Assembly: GCA_964304625.1 (NCBI GenBank) | Contig: OZ199838.1 | Span: 4,104,705-4,168,704, forward strand | DNA from: Kudoa neothunni | Lineage: Eukaryota; Animalia; Cnidaria | Direction: 5' to 3' | Length of the DNA: 64,000 bases | Shown here: piece by piece, positions 1 to 14,169 of the stretch | How positions within the stretch are numbered: the stretch's first letter is position 1 | Layout of the letters: every line of letters starts with the position of its first letter | The notes under the pieces: generated by a model | Databases searched by the model: none | Told to the model about the DNA's origin: nothing | What the model saw: only the letters and a program-made list of their open reading frames with translations | Program-made: the position numbers and the translations under genes

Positions 1-2150
1 ATAATTATATGTCAATTTTTTCTTATTCTTATGTTCGTTCATTTAACAAAATAATTCTAGTGCTACTTAAAAGCTTTCCTAAAATAGAATCTTAAACGTA
101 TTGTCAATAAACACTCTACTTCTGCAATGTGATCAAATTAGATTTGTGCGCATGCGCGGTCCATACTTAGCTAGAAATATTGGTCTATAATTTCAAATTT
201 AATCAATAAATATACTTCAAAATTTTCAAAAATAATTATTTTCGAATTCTTAATCGTTTGGTTTAAAAAAATGTGGGGTGTAAAAATACCCCAATTTTAC
301 TTACTCGGAGGGTGTAAATTTTGCAGTGACTTAGAAGGTTACATTAGCTTATTTAAGTGAAAATTTACTTCTAAATTACATCATTCAAATAATGCTAAAT
401 GAAACCCTTTCTTCCAATGTTTAAATAAAAATTTTTGATAATTTTAATGCAAAAAAATTAATATTGTGTATTTTTTACGAATGAAATGTGACTTTTAAAT
501 ATTTTATTTGTTTTCGTATACTGTGAAGGTTATTCACTTGTGTGTAGTGACGGATTGTTGTGGATGTTACTGGTTGTGATATTATAGATATAAGTTATTG
601 AAAAAATATTTAGTTATTGTTAAATATTATGTAATAGTTCATTATAATTAGGATATCAATCTTGTTATCACCATTTTCATGCGGTACATTCAAATTGAAT
701 TTTCTGGCGGCTGTAATTGTGGTGAATTAGCTTTTTGGACCGTGAGCCACAGTTTGATGTTTAAAAACTCCCAAAAGTCATATAAAATAGCGTTATAGAT
801 ATGTATTCTTGCGAAATTTAGTGGCAATAAAATGCCAAATAATGGACAGGGAATTTTTATTTGTTTTAATTTTAGTTGCCGGTGAAAAAGAGCCAAGGTT
901 TTGTATTGATGAGGATAAATGATATAAAGCTACAGAAAGGTTTGACAGGGATGAATGACACTATAAATAAACCCAACAAACCTTCATCATTTGTATTTAA
1001 TTTTATAGTTGATAAATATATTTTTGCGTAAGTTTTCTACTCTAAAATTAAGACAGAAAGTTTTTTGATATAAGTTTTAAAATTAAATCGAAAAACAAAA
1101 TTGAATGGAATAATGGATTAATAATATTTTTTTCAATTTAAAGTATATTACTTTTGATTTAAGAATTAACACAATGGACAATATTTTATTTGATATCTTT
1201 TGTACTTATTCGAATGAACCTAGTTTTATTTAATTTAATGTTGATCGCATTTCATATGATTCCAACTGCGAATGTAAATTCCTAATTAAAAAGTCGTCCC
1301 ATATTCGTAAATCTTGCCAACTCTACGACTCAATAAAATCAATTAACCCTCCCGGGACCAACTGGGGTCATTTGTTACCCCAATTTCGGTAGATTGATTT
1401 TTTTCGCATATTGAATTAAATGATAGGACTCAAAGCTTCTGGATCCCCTAATTAGAGTCTGTGATTGATCATTATAAAGTAATGAAGAAAAAAATTTATC
1501 GTATGCATATTTTATTTCTCCAATATTCCAAGTATGAGTTAATTAAAGTCGATTGTACACCAACACATGCGAATATTCCATACTTTCTATAATAACTATA
1601 GAAATTGAAAATTAATCTCCACACTAATTCGTTATGAATTTTAAATATTGTATAATAAATAAATATAGAATAAATAGTTCGACAAATGTATTAGTTTTTT
1701 ATTGTGAATAGTTATTGCACCCTTCACGTTTATTATGCTCAAAAAGTTGGACAATGTTTAAAATTTAAAAATTTTATCTAAACATTTAATATTTATCTTT
1801 TTAAAAAAAATGTTTGCATTAAAGTAGGAAATTATTTCTATCTTAATAAAAAAAACTTAATAAAATATGTTAACCGTTTTCTGATGAAAAAATTATGACT
1901 CAAATATATTTTTAAGAAAAATTTTCAAAAACAAAGTAACTAAGATTATATGACTGTCGAAAAAGTTTTACAAATATCCCTAATAATATTAACTTTATTC
2001 TAATCGAAGCATGACTGAAAGTGCATATATATAATATGTGAATTGAATAACTATAGGGATAATTTACAAGTGTGAATGCTGAATTTGCGATCCACTAGCT
2101 AAAAAGTATCTTAGATATCACGAAAGATATTATAATAATAATATTCTTAA

Positions 2151-3891
2151 CCCTCTAACGCAGGGGTTCTCAACCGGGGGTAAATTTACCTCTTGAGGTC
2201 AAATTTAAATAATAGGGGATAAATTAAGTAACATTGAAACTATATAGGGACAATTTTTGCATTATGGGTTTGTGACATACTTCAGGATTTCTAAGGATTT
2301 ATATTATTCAGGGCTAATAGATTCAATAAGAATTAGGTAGAAATTCTTAAAAAATTTTTTAGTAATAATTGTTTTAAAATTATTTATAAAATTATTATCT
2401 GTCTCTTTCTGTTATATCTCGTTTATTTTTTAGTGGAGTAACCTAATAATAATACTTAAAATGACTATTTTCATGGTAAATAATATCCAAATATTATTAG
2501 TTTTGCCTAGTTTTAATTATTTTTAGGCCATAAGAGCAAAGTAATGGGACAAAAATAATTTAATTTGGCAAAATTTAAAAAATTAAATCTGTGTAAAGCT
2601 TGTGAGCAAGAGATGATGGGATTAAAAATTGTCATTATGCATGCGTACGTGTCGTTTAAGGCCAGAATTTACCCTTCAAATAGTCTCTGATGTAGCTAAG
2701 CCAGTACAAAAACTTAAAATAAATATGAATTTGATTTCCAAGTTATGGGAGTAAAAGTTGATTTTTCACCAGGTCGAGAGGGTAAATTTGAAAAAAAACG
2801 GTTGAGAACCCTTGCTCTAACGGACTTTGGTGTCTGTGGGACCCCTGGGCTTTTTGGCTTAATCTAATTAAAAAATTATGGAAATGTATCCCTTGAATTA
2901 TTAAAAAATTCTATCGACAAAATATATATAAAATCACACAGTACTGCGTAAATTAATCCTCAATAATCCGATCTGACGCCACTTTGAAGTCACACACAAT
3001 GAATCTAAATTAGCACATTTGGAAGAATGTGAACCCAATATATCCAAGAATAGTCTTTTAATATCAATTTGTTTTAAAATTGTTTAATAAAAACCCTATG
3101 AGCAATTGGCCCCGGACTACAATCCTTGGTATTTAAAACTAAATTTCTTGAAGGTGGTGGCTTAGTTAGAAAATTTTTCTACTTCTGTTGTTTGTATAAT
3201 TCATTGGAAACTGGGTTCCTGGTATGTCACTCGATCATTTAAATACTTCAAATATTGTTTCATCAAAATCGTTACTGAAATTTTGGAATTTGTCACTAAA
3301 GTAACCAGAACTACTCCTCGTTATTGAATACATCAATTAATAATAAAAAGGGAACATGTAGTAAGTGGAACACATTAAAAAGCTTCGAAAATTTAATTTT
3401 ACTGATTAAAATTTTATTACTATAAAATATACAAGAATATTTTTAAATTAACTCAGTCTTCTATTTTATAAGCTGAGATTACAAACACGTTACAATGGCA
3501 TTACTACAATGCCGGCGTAACGACAGATTACGGGGCTCCGTACGAGACTTCCCGTACTGAATTATCAAGGATTAGTTCGTACAGTGATCGACGATTTTCT
3601 TGATATTTCGTCGATAGAATTACTTAATACTTCAATAGTCGCATTTTCATAATTTTTCAATTAGATTAAACCAAAAAAACCTGGGGTTCCACAGACTCCA
3701 AAGTCCGTTGGAGGATGGATTTTTATTTTCGTGTTATGTAATAGCAATTACAAACTAAAAAATACATCAATATATACTTTACAAAATATAGAAGAATAGC
3801 CAAGATTACGAGATTGAACGTAAATTAGAAACAATTTATGGGCAATATAATGTGGTACTGGGGTCCCACAGACCGCAAGTCCGTTAGAGAG
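2151..3891. mobile_element. Non-autonomous piggyBac-like element; left end split by a hAT insertion
   Basis: TTAA at 2147-2150 and 3892-3895. The reconstructed left end ccctctaacggactttggtgtctgtgggacccc matches the right-end reverse complement ctctctaacggacttgcggtctgtgggacccc. A further ~110-bp imperfect inverted repeat pairs 2815-2925 with 3603-3714. Confidence 0.8.
2161..2814. mobile_element. hAT (Buster/Charlie-type) non-autonomous element
   Basis: TIRs caggggttctcaacc / ggttgagaacccttg. Perfect 8-bp TSD ctctaacg at 2153-2160 and 2815-2822. Confidence 0.9.
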
Positions 3892-4930
3892 TTAATTTAT
3901 ATGACGACTACATTTTCTCATTAGACCTAAAATTTTGCATAGTATTGAGATTATGAATATTTTATCATCGTAAAAAAATAGAACGACTTTTCTTTATGAT
4001 TCTATATATTAAATACGCCTCGCAGAAAAATTTCTTCTACAGTAATTGGGAAGTACAAGAACCTTAGTTGTGTAATCGCATAATGAAAACTGCTTGATTT
4101 TAACCCATAAAAAAGAGAATCAAAATGAAGTAATTATTCATTTAGTATTATTTAGTTCCAACATAAATAAACTAAAAATTTAAATAGCAAAATATATCTA
4201 TTAATTATTTTTGATAAATGCGTTATTCAACCCATGTAGGTTAAAACACAATAGTTTATCCGACTAGATCACGTCATATTTTAAGTGTTATGTAAGAAAT
4301 TGTTTAATGGTAGGGGAATTAATAGCTGTCTTAAAATATTCACCAACGTATCTACAATGAATACCCATTAAGCACAGCATCACATTTCCATATGGATATG
4401 ATTCAAAATTAAGTCAAAAGACAAAAAAAATAAAAATTTATTGTTTTTGCCAATTAAATATAAGGATATTAAAGTTAATTATTTAAATTATTTAAATACA
4501 CGTACGATGCACGGTTATTACACAAGTCAATTTTACTGCGCATCTTTTCCCCAAATCCCCATAAATTATGCTAAAATTTTTTTGACTATATATATTTCAT
4601 TTTTCTGCCATGTTATATATAAATTCTTAAAATTACCTAAAAAATATAAATATTCATAAAATAATTCCTTTATTTTGAAAAAATTAAGATTTAACTGAAT
4701 GTTTTCTTAACTTGCATTACGAGCATAATACAGAAGCAAAATGTTTTTTATACATCCAAAAAAATAAGCTACATTAAAAGCGTTAATAATCATAACATGT
4801 TAACTTTTTAAAAAATAAAAAAACTTCATAAATACAAGTCTCAAGTTAATTAATTGACACAAAATACGTACTCAACATCTTGTTAAGTAAATAACACACA
4901 GTAAACCAAACGAATGCTATAGCTATATAA

Positions 4931-5925
4931 CAGAGATGGCTAAACCATGGCTCGCGAATCGCAAGTGGCTCTTGAAAAAACATTTTTTGAGTTGAATTTT
5001 ATTTTAATTCAACCAGCACATTAATTCAGAAAAGAATCAAGTATAAACTATTTAATCAAGTGAAGAGATGAACTCTTTAAACGTAAACAAGATAATATTT
5101 TTGATTAGAAATCATTGTTACAAATTACCACATAGTCTTAATATTTGATGCGAACTAGAATCATTATTAGTTTCATTTGGAAATAAAATTAGGACTGGTA
5201 TTTATTCATCATCAAAGTGATAGATGTAGAAAGAATAAAACACGTATTAAGGCTTTAAAGATGATTCATAATTCCAACTCACTAAGCGAACTTTGGAAAT
5301 ACGTTCATGAAACCAAACATTCAAAATTTAAAGAAATTTGCATCAAACTCGTTACTATCTTCGGATCAACTTATTGTTGTGAGTCTATTTATTCAACGAT
5401 AGAGTTTGTAAAGTCGAAGCGTCGGGAATCCTTCCTCACAAGCAAATACCTGACGGAAGTAATTCGTACAACGTTAACAGCATACGAACCAGATTACCAT
5501 TAGCTCAATGATAATAAAGAAAAATAAAGAACTTGTAACGTTAGAAACAATTTCTAAAAAAGTTTTTTCGAAAGCATTATATCCGTAGGTTATTACTTTA
5601 TTCAAAAATATTTAATTTTACTTTTTGTCAAACTACCATACATGATTAAATATGAGAAATATTTTAGTAATTTTGAGAACTCTTTCGATGAGAAAAAATT
5701 TCTTGGATTATTAACTACTAATTTATTTTTTTGAACAAACCATCGTAAATTATATATGTAAAAAACCTTTATTTATAATCCTACAACCTTTTATCTTAAT
5801 ATTTTCAAAAAATGTAAGTTTTAACTAAGAAAGGGATACATAAATGATTTTAATGTCTTGTGGCTCTTGAAAATTTGGGAAACGTTAAAGTTGGCTCCCG
5901 ATCTGGACAAGTCTAGCCATCTCTG
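4931..5925 (+). mobile_element. Internally deleted hAT (Buster/GTF2IRD2-like) element with C-terminal transposase remnant
   Basis: TIRs cagagatggcta / tagccatctctg with subterminal tggctc repeats. ORF 5177-5503 carries the hAT dimerisation motif FGSTYCCESIYSTIEFVKSKRR. The TSD is degenerate. Confidence 0.85.
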
Positions 5926-6222
5926 TTATATCGATTGACATTCAATGTAAGAGAATACTTATTACACTTAAAATAATTGTCAACTGATTATCGTACTATA
6001 AGTATCAAAATTAAAACGCAAAAATATATCAATGAGGGTTTTATTGGAAAATTCATAAGATAAGGGCAAACACCATTAAAATATGTCAATATCGATAAAG
6101 AGTGCAAAAATGACTGTATCAAACAAGAACAACAGCCAACATTAATAATTTGTCGAATATGAGAAGAGGGAAGGTTTATAAATCGTCTGGAATTAATTCA
6201 TTGGTGGTATAGTGTTGTTGAG

Positions 6223-7028
6223 TTAAACTTTGCCAGGCTTGCAGATATCAAGTTCCCATTCAAACTGACAATACAGATTTCCATCGTCGTCTGTGAACTT
6301 ACTGGTGATTTTGTAATTTCCTCTCCCAATCATTCCACTGGGTGCAACTTCTTCCTGGGTTTTAAAAACGAATTCCTTGTCTGAAGCAGCAAACGAGCCA
6401 ACCATAAGCCTTTGTCTGTCCAAATTGATTCCACTTTTGGCAACCACATGATTATACTTGAGACCACTTATAATACCTGATTTAACCTAAAATTCAATGT
6501 CGATATAGTTGATATAATTAGTTTGAATGGGATAAGAAAAGCGTTTCACTTTGAAATGCATCTCGGCCAAGTATTTTGAACCTTCAATGAGTTTTTGATT
6601 TTTTCCAATGCATTTGACAGATTTTACTTAATATTGTTTTAAATGCAAAATACACCAACAACTAAAATCCTATGTACCTTTTTTATCTTTTACAGATGTT
6701 TTTGTAAAGTTTGCGCCAGCTAACAAATACAGATATCAATCAAGAACAGATGCACGAACTAAACCCTACATTCAATGCTGTATTCGAGATTGGGTTGCTT
6801 TCCTTCCACCGGTATCACCACTAATTTGACCAACTCCATAGTTGGGTCTTCATCCATACCAGCTTGGTTGGCAGCTTGACCCAATAGGGTTTGTTTGTAA
6901 CGATTCAATGCTTCATCTTCTTGGTCCTGTTGTAACATCTCAGCTATAGACTTTTGTGGTGGAGCTTTGAAATCTCCATCGACAGACAAAGCATCTTCCT
7001 CTTGTACATTGTCCTTATTTTCCGACAT
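6223..7028 (-). CDS. ARHGDIA: Rho GDP-dissociation inhibitor, 4 exons (7028-6770, 6719-6678, 6626-6550, 6486-6223)
   Basis: Motifs FKAPPQKSIAEM, DEALNRYKQTLLG, SGLKY, MVGSF, EEVAPSGMIGRGNY, SKFTDDD and FEWELDI. Three GT-AG introns of 50, 51 and 63 nt join the ORFs in frame. Confidence 0.95.
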
Positions 7029-8434
7029 TTTAATTATTTATTATATCTAAATATGATAATGTTAACTGTCATCATATGAAATCAGGTATTGCACATAGGT
7101 CTACAGACAGCTGGCTTAATATTTACGTGGGTGGTTATGTAGACGTAATAAATGTGAATATTCAAATTGGTAGCAAGCCTATATTTATGACTAAACTTAC
7201 ACGTATGACCAGTGGTAATTCCAAGAAGTTAATCTTATAATAGGTTAAGATTACGAACTGATACGCCCTTCAATACACCTTAAATAGTGTGGTGTAGTAA
7301 CAGAAATAATTAGATGACAAATTTGTTGTGTGAACCAACCTTAGGAATGGTCAAATATTTAAACATTTATCTCCCGACATAATATGTCGTCCTTTAAAAA
7401 AGTATACTACTAGCGCATTGTGTGTTCACGATCATTAGATCGTCGATTCGCATCAATACATAATAATAATAATACGGACAATAGTATATGATATACTTCG
7501 TCTTTAATCGTGGGTAATAATTTTCGAAATAACAACTCCAGTTGGAAACTGTTGGTTGCAGCATGTAGCAGTTCATTCAACTCAATACTACCTTAATGAA
7601 TTCGAAGGTCGTTGGTGATTTACGCCGAATTAACCAATACACGAAATCCGATTGAATTTAACACACCGTTCAAAAATACTTTATCAGTGTTCTAAAAATT
7701 TACGCTTGCAGTTAGTTTCTACCTGCACTACTACATACTAGACCGTTTACAATTAATACGATTTGTTGTTAAATGCTTCGAATATTTTCGTTTTTCATAC
7801 AATAACTTAGTAAATTCTAAGACGATTATTATTCTTTATCCGTCACATCGTCTCTGACAATGTATAATATTGCACTTTATTGCGACCCTAATTCTTCGCG
7901 CTAGAAATGTCTCAACGACGTCCAATTCGATTTATCATGTTTGTTAATTGTCAACTCGATTTAGACGTACTAATAAGCTATTAGATAAGCATAAGAACAT
8001 ATGTCCAGCGGGTGTATAATGCAGAATAAGGGCTTTTCTTAATTATTTATTCTATTGATGAGATTTGGTTTACAATATTTTATGTGCTAATATATAAAAT
8101 ATATGTTGCACATCTTAGACTCCTTGAGATGTTACTGCCCCGTGGCGCAACCTACACTATTGGTGTGTTATATATTCTTTCACAGTATGCGGCGTATGAT
8201 AAGAAATAACTAGATAAAATATCATGAATTTTTGTTATTTTAGGTGGTGTAATGGTTTTTTATTAGTCGAGACATTTTTAAAATATATTTCTATAATAGA
8301 TTACTAGAAAGGCCAATTTATTGCGAAGTTTTGATTAATATTCGGCAATATATTCATATTTTCTATTTTATAAATTCATTAAAACGATATGTTAATGTCG
8401 TAATAACAATTTTGGATAAAACCACTCTCTAGGC

Positions 8435-10008
8435 CAGTGTTTTCCAACTTTTTTTAGCCGTGACCCATATTTTTTCAAACAAATATTCGATAACCCACAT
8501 GTATATTGTGAGTGTTTACTAAAATTAAAAGTTATTTTTTCAATTACATTTATATCCAGTATTGTATAAGATAATTTAAATCGTATAATTTATCATAATC
8601 ATTTTTACTCTGTTAACCTAAAAATATTATTTTGCACTAATTTTACTGAACTTTTGAAGTAATAATATTTCACTTGAAATCAATATTAAATCATCAAGCT
8701 ACTCTTGTGATGGCTTATCATTTTTGGGTTTTAACGATTTTCGTGATATTCTCGCATTTTAACTATTTTAAATATAATTTTTCTGTTTAAAATATTTATT
8801 ATTAGTTATTTATACGAAATTAGTTTTTAAGCTAAATGATATAAACAACACCATAATTTTATTTAAAAACAAATTTTTTAGTTTTATGTTTTTTAATCAA
8901 TTTAGGAGTAATATGAAGATCTAAATTCATTATTTCCCCATCAATTGTCACGATAATTTAATTTTCTTTATTGAATCCGTTATGTTAAGTCATTAATGAG
9001 TCTAAAATATGTGAAAAAAATATATATGCAACTCTAATTGTTTTAAAATATTTCATTCCAATTTTCTTAGTAAATTAAAATTGGTACGTATTCCAATACG
9101 TTAATATATTTTTAAGTAAAAGCACATAATTTATCATAAAGTGAATCTTTTATAACTTAAGTGTAGTTCTACTGGAATTTTTTGTTAAATATAATATTTA
9201 AAAATTTATTTCGTTCATCCAAAATAATATGACTGACATATAAAGACTGTAAAAAATATCGTTTGGATGGGAGGATTATATTTTCATGCATAGCTACAAG
9301 CACATTAGTTCGAATAATAAAAATATTTAAATTCATGTAAACTGATGTTATGAACTAACAAATTTCTATCTATAGAAGATTTCCAGATAGATAATGCTTA
9401 TAATTTCTAGACTGGGGTTTTCAATTCGGCGAGAAAATTGAAGTGTTGTAAATAGCTAATTTTAATGTTTAGTATAATCTCCAAAAATGTTCTCTTCATG
9501 TAAATATTTTGTTAATAGTTTCATTTAAATATTAAATAATTAAAAAACCTATGAAATCACACCGCTTCGTACCATGAAATTACGTAGGTCCAAGAAATAC
9601 GTGAATAGTTAGGTGTCGAAAATTTAATGAATAGAAAAATTAACTCACATCTATGTCTAGTTTGTATTTAAGTAAATTTTCGTTCGCACCAAAAATAACG
9701 AATGAAAGAATGAGTGTTACTACTTGATTAGGAAACCTGTTGACCGTTTCAGGTCGCATGGTGAGGTAAGTTTTTTTCCTGTTTCCCATCTTAATATATG
9801 CTCTGTTGCTCATAAAACAACATAATGTAACTTAAGTTAATATAATATTTATATCAATACATCTTAATTCCAAAAGTTGAATAATATTTTCCATCTCAAG
9901 GGTATCCTACACGGCATGGGTCCGCGTTTTCCTGCGTCGTCCAAATTAATCAGAAAACTTTTCATGGCTCACACAGAATCTGGCACGACCCCAGGTTGGG
10001 AAACACTG
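8435..10008. mobile_element. Degenerate hAT element
   Basis: TIRs cagtgttttccaac / gttgggaaacactg. TSD ctctaggc / ttctaggc matches 7 of 8. Confidence 0.8.
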
Positions 10009-11032
10009 TTCTAGGCCAAAGAAAAACTGAATGAAATAGGAGGCGATCGATTTCATTAATTTTTTATTTTGGTGCATTATGGGCATTCATATGCCAATAT
10101 TAACAATTATATTCGAGTTTATTTACTTATAGAAAATCATCTGTTGCAATAAACCATTCTACTCCTAAGATATTATCTGTAAAATTTGGAATCTAAAAAT
10201 GTGAGTATCAAATAGTCTCGAAGATGGAAAATTCACTAAATAACTCGAAATTCCGAGATAAAGATGGTTCGAATTTTTTTAGTTAGCTAAAACAAGGAGG
10301 TGGTTATTAGAACGAGTGTTATTAATTTAATGTAGCGCTGTAGAAAAACAAACTGCTGTATAATGATACCAGATAAATGCCACCCGGAGAGATAATCTAT
10401 TGTTTCAAATATTGCATATATTATTTAATTATTTCTGACCCGTAAGAACGAAGCAGTGGGGAAAAAAATAATTAAATCTGTAAACAGCTCGTAAATAAGA
10501 GTGTCTAAGATTAAAAATCTCATTATGCGTGCGTACACGCCGTTTGGGATTAAATCTTATCGTGCCAATAGCCTTGCCCTAAAACTACGTACATATATCT
10601 CTAATACAGTCAGCCACTGATTTTGTACACTTTTTTTAAAATTACTTAACTATAATGTAAATATTCCTAATATTTATATATAAGTAAATGTATTCCACTT
10701 GAGAGCAATTTTAGTTCAAATAATGGGAAATATATACCTGAATTCACGTGACTTGACAATTTTGCATATTTTTCCCGGCAATCTGTTGATCACTGTATCA
10801 TTATTCCCATAAAAATTATAAATATAGCGACAAGAAAAAGAAAAAACATAGATAATTAGAATAAAATTATAAACTACCTTGAGAATCTTCCAGTAAAAAC
10901 ACCAAGATGCTTACTGTGAAACATTTAAACATATCAAATATCGCGAGCTCAAATGACATTCTCCGGAAAAACGATTAAATTTTCTCACTACAGTAGTTAA
11001 CTGATTTTTCACACTTTTTGGACAGTTCCAAG

Positions 11033-11454
11033 CAGCATTGTCAACCCATATTGGGCATTTGGTCAAATTTTTACCGGACAAAATCAGGAAAACAGACTTT
11101 TCTGTAAACGACTGAATTAAGATTTAATTATATGTATAAATATTATGTAAATTTATAATTAACTCAGAAACTTTAAAGTTGTGACGCCACTAGTTCGATG
11201 TATTCAAAATTCCCTCATTCCAATAAGATCATCTAATGTAGAGCACAACATTCTATTTCTTCTAATGGTTTAGGTAGTTCCTGAAAAAGAAAATGCACGT
11301 TTGGCAAAACGTCAATCAGAGTTAGTTAATGTAAAGATGTGATATATTTTTCGTTGGAATGAAAACAATTTTTCCAACAAACAATACTCAAAAAGACGAT
11401 TATTGAAATTTTAATGAATCTAGCTTTGTTTTTATTCCTGTTTAATCCCTTTAA
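11033..11454 (-). mobile_element. Truncated hAT element, same family as 45674-46830
   Basis: Starts with TIR cagcattgtcaaccc and aligns over ~400 bp with 45674-46060 (e.g. shared aagatcatctaatgtagagcacaacattc). Similarity stops at the Helitron-like junction. Confidence 0.75.
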
Positions 11455-11458
11455 TCTG

Positions 11459-14169
11459 TCTACTACATACAGTATTTCAAGACCTAAATGCAACTGCGTC
11501 CGATCAAAATGCAACCCCATGCAATAATGTCCAAAAAAGGAAATATGTTATCTTAAGTGATGATATGAAACAAATGTCAGTTTCACTAGCTGAAGTTCAT
11601 AACCTCCTTCGTATAATTTCAAATTATTTCTAGGATGGATACTCTAACAAATACATTGCCGAGAAAATGGGTGTACATAAATCAACCATTGGGCGCATTC
11701 TGAAGACAAAATCGATGACTACCGAATTAAGTTCACCAAAAAAGAAAGGGGGTGACAGACGGTCAAAATTGACTGAAACCCATAAATTATACATCCGCGA
11801 ACTTGTGGAGGAGGATTGCACCATTACATTAAATTCTATTACTGAAAAAGTTCTAGAATTTTTTGGTATAAATGTTTCTCGTCAAACAATTGCGAATTGT
11901 TTGAGAGATTTCCATTATACCTTAAAAAAAATTTCCATTGTACCCCTAGGAAGAAATTTTCAGGATTGTATTGAAACGAGAAAAAGGTTTATTATCATTT
12001 TAAAAAATTGCGTAAAAATGAATAGATACGTGATACAATGTCTGGAACTGAAGCCTCGTCATTCTACGGTCATCTATATAGATGAATCGGGCTTTTCATT
12101 GTCAATGAGAAGAACATTTGGACGAGCACTTTCAGGGTCAAGAGCGAATCTGAAAGTGAAAAGCATTCGCTCTAAAAATATTACATTAATCGCGGCAATA
12201 AGCTCGGAACGGGTGTGGACATTCCACGTAGAAAATGGAACGGTCAACCAACAAGTTTTTTCTATTTTCATAGACAAACTATTTTCCGACTTAAGCTGCA
12301 ATGGAGTTGATAACGCCCTATTAATAATGGACAATGTGAGATTCCAAAAACGGATCTAGTAAGGGATCAAATTCAATCCACAAACCATACGTTATTATTT
12401 CTTCCGCCATACTTTCCGTTCCTCAATCCTATTGAGGAGTTCTTCCATCAAATTAAGTCCATTATAAGAAACTGCGGGACCATTTAATCAGGAGGAATTG
12501 ATCAACGCAATTATGACTAGCTCAGATGGAGTTTCTTGTGACCAACTACAAAATTATGCGAATCATGCGGAATCCTATTTCGCAGCATGTATTAATTCGG
12601 AAGAAATTAACAATTAGATTAATTTTACGTTGTGCTAAAAACATGAAGTTTAATTTGGTGCCAATTAATATTTCATTTTTGTTTATGTATGTCAAGAAGA
12701 TTACAAATCTAAAAGTGGTAATTAAAGAAGCAGTAAAATCTTACATTGAAACAGTATATGTTTGAGAAGCGTAAGTATTGAGAATGACACCTTGATTAAA
12801 TCGATGACAAAAATGAATAAAAATTTAATTCCTTTATGTATTTAAATAAATATGAATAAACTCTATGAGTACAAAAAATTATTTGATGCAATCCGTTAAT
12901 CACATAAAATTCGAAATATTATTCACTCTATCATAACTAACCATGTAGAATATTGTTAAAAAATATCTTAATTTTATACAAATTAAATCTAAAAAAAATA
13001 AGTTGTTTATTTAAAAAGTTGCATTTAGGTCTTGAAATACTGTATATAAAACTGAAGTGTCCGTGTGTGTCAGTAAGTACGCATGTGCGTCCTAATTTTT
13101 TCCTTATAGGGTGACATTTATGGAATTTTTTAAAAATCAAGTCGTTTCAAAAAAATCCTTAAATCGTTTTCACACTACCATATGTTTCCATAAGTGTTTA
13201 GAAAATTGTGATTTTGTCAATTCAATGTTTGTTTATTGGATTACTTGAGTTCAACAATAGAATTAACACCTGCTTGACTTGCTGATGGTCGGTTGAAGTT
13301 AACTTTCCTCCTTATATGCTCTATTAAATGTCAATTACGCGATGCCATGTATCTTTATATATAAGGTTGGCGTTTCTATTTGGATGTTTGTGCAAATACA
13401 TTCCTTATTTGTGGAGTTTTAGCGTATTTGACTTGATAAACACATTTTTAAGGTTCTGTTAATGGTTTTAGATATGACAAGAAATCTATATATGTTCCAT
13501 GAATAACGAATTGGTGGAGAATGTTAAAATTACATTGATTGGAGCATTATAATGGAAATATTGCGTCCGTAGATTTCATTGAAATCGTCCGCTAAGTTTA
13601 ACTTTCCTTGATTAAATTCAATGCAGATGGTTGTACTTTTACTTCATCCGATTATTCAAATTGTTTATGTTGAAGTTGACGCGACTTGTGGCTGTTTATG
13701 GGACAAAGTGCGTTAAGTCCTTGCCGGGCCAAGAGATATTAATTTGGTTAATAAAAATTAATTTCCGTCTCTTTTCTTCTATCTCTATATCTTTTTATAT
13801 TTATTTTTCTCCCGTAAACAGTGATTCACAGACTTTCTGATCCGAGCCAGAAATAACGTTTTAAATGGCACTTTAGGGAATTTAAATAATTCGGGGATGC
13901 AAATTAAATACGACACTTATGTTAAATTATTTAGTTTTTGTGACGGGTCCCCAAATTTTTGAATGGGCGCCGGGATTGGTACACTTCTTCGCAGAAATGA
14001 TTATAATTTAAATTTCGCTAATCCAAGTCGTTGAAAGTATGTCACTTGAAAATTTTTAGTTATTTTGCATCTATGGGTTAATTTGAAACCTCATTATATT
14101 TTGTGAATGTTATTAAGAAAAATATCCATGCGAAATCTTCCCCAAACAACGCTGGGCAGTTCCCGCTAG
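11459..14169 (+). mobile_element. Helitron-like element, interrupted by the Tc1 element
   Basis: Removing the Tc1 restores a 5' end TCTACTACATATATAAAACTGAAGTGTCCGTGTGTG. The 3' end has an imperfect hairpin cccaaacaacgctggg followed by CTAG|T at 14166-14170. Decayed Rep/Hel N-terminal-like peptides (FVIHG, FNRPSASQ) lie on the minus strand at 13260-13980. Confidence 0.6.
11470..13042 (+). mobile_element. IS630-Tc1-mariner element with a DD34E transposase pseudogene
   Basis: Perfect 26-bp TIRs cagtatttcaagacctaaatgcaact and TA TSDs (11468-11469, 13043-13044). HTH region followed by IDESGF...MDNVRF...LPPYFPFLNPIE; 34 residues separate D and E once one frameshift near 12345 is corrected. There is an in-frame TAG at ~11631. 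Confidence 0.95.

Noticed and set aside
1343-1383. piggyBac-like left end ttaaccctcccggg...ggggtcatttgttacccc
   Set aside because: No partner end was found, so element boundaries cannot be supported.
7380-7900. Possible Merlin/IS1595-like transposase remnant on the minus strand (KRKYS, VNTQ)
   Set aside because: The motifs are too short and no TIRs or TSD were found.
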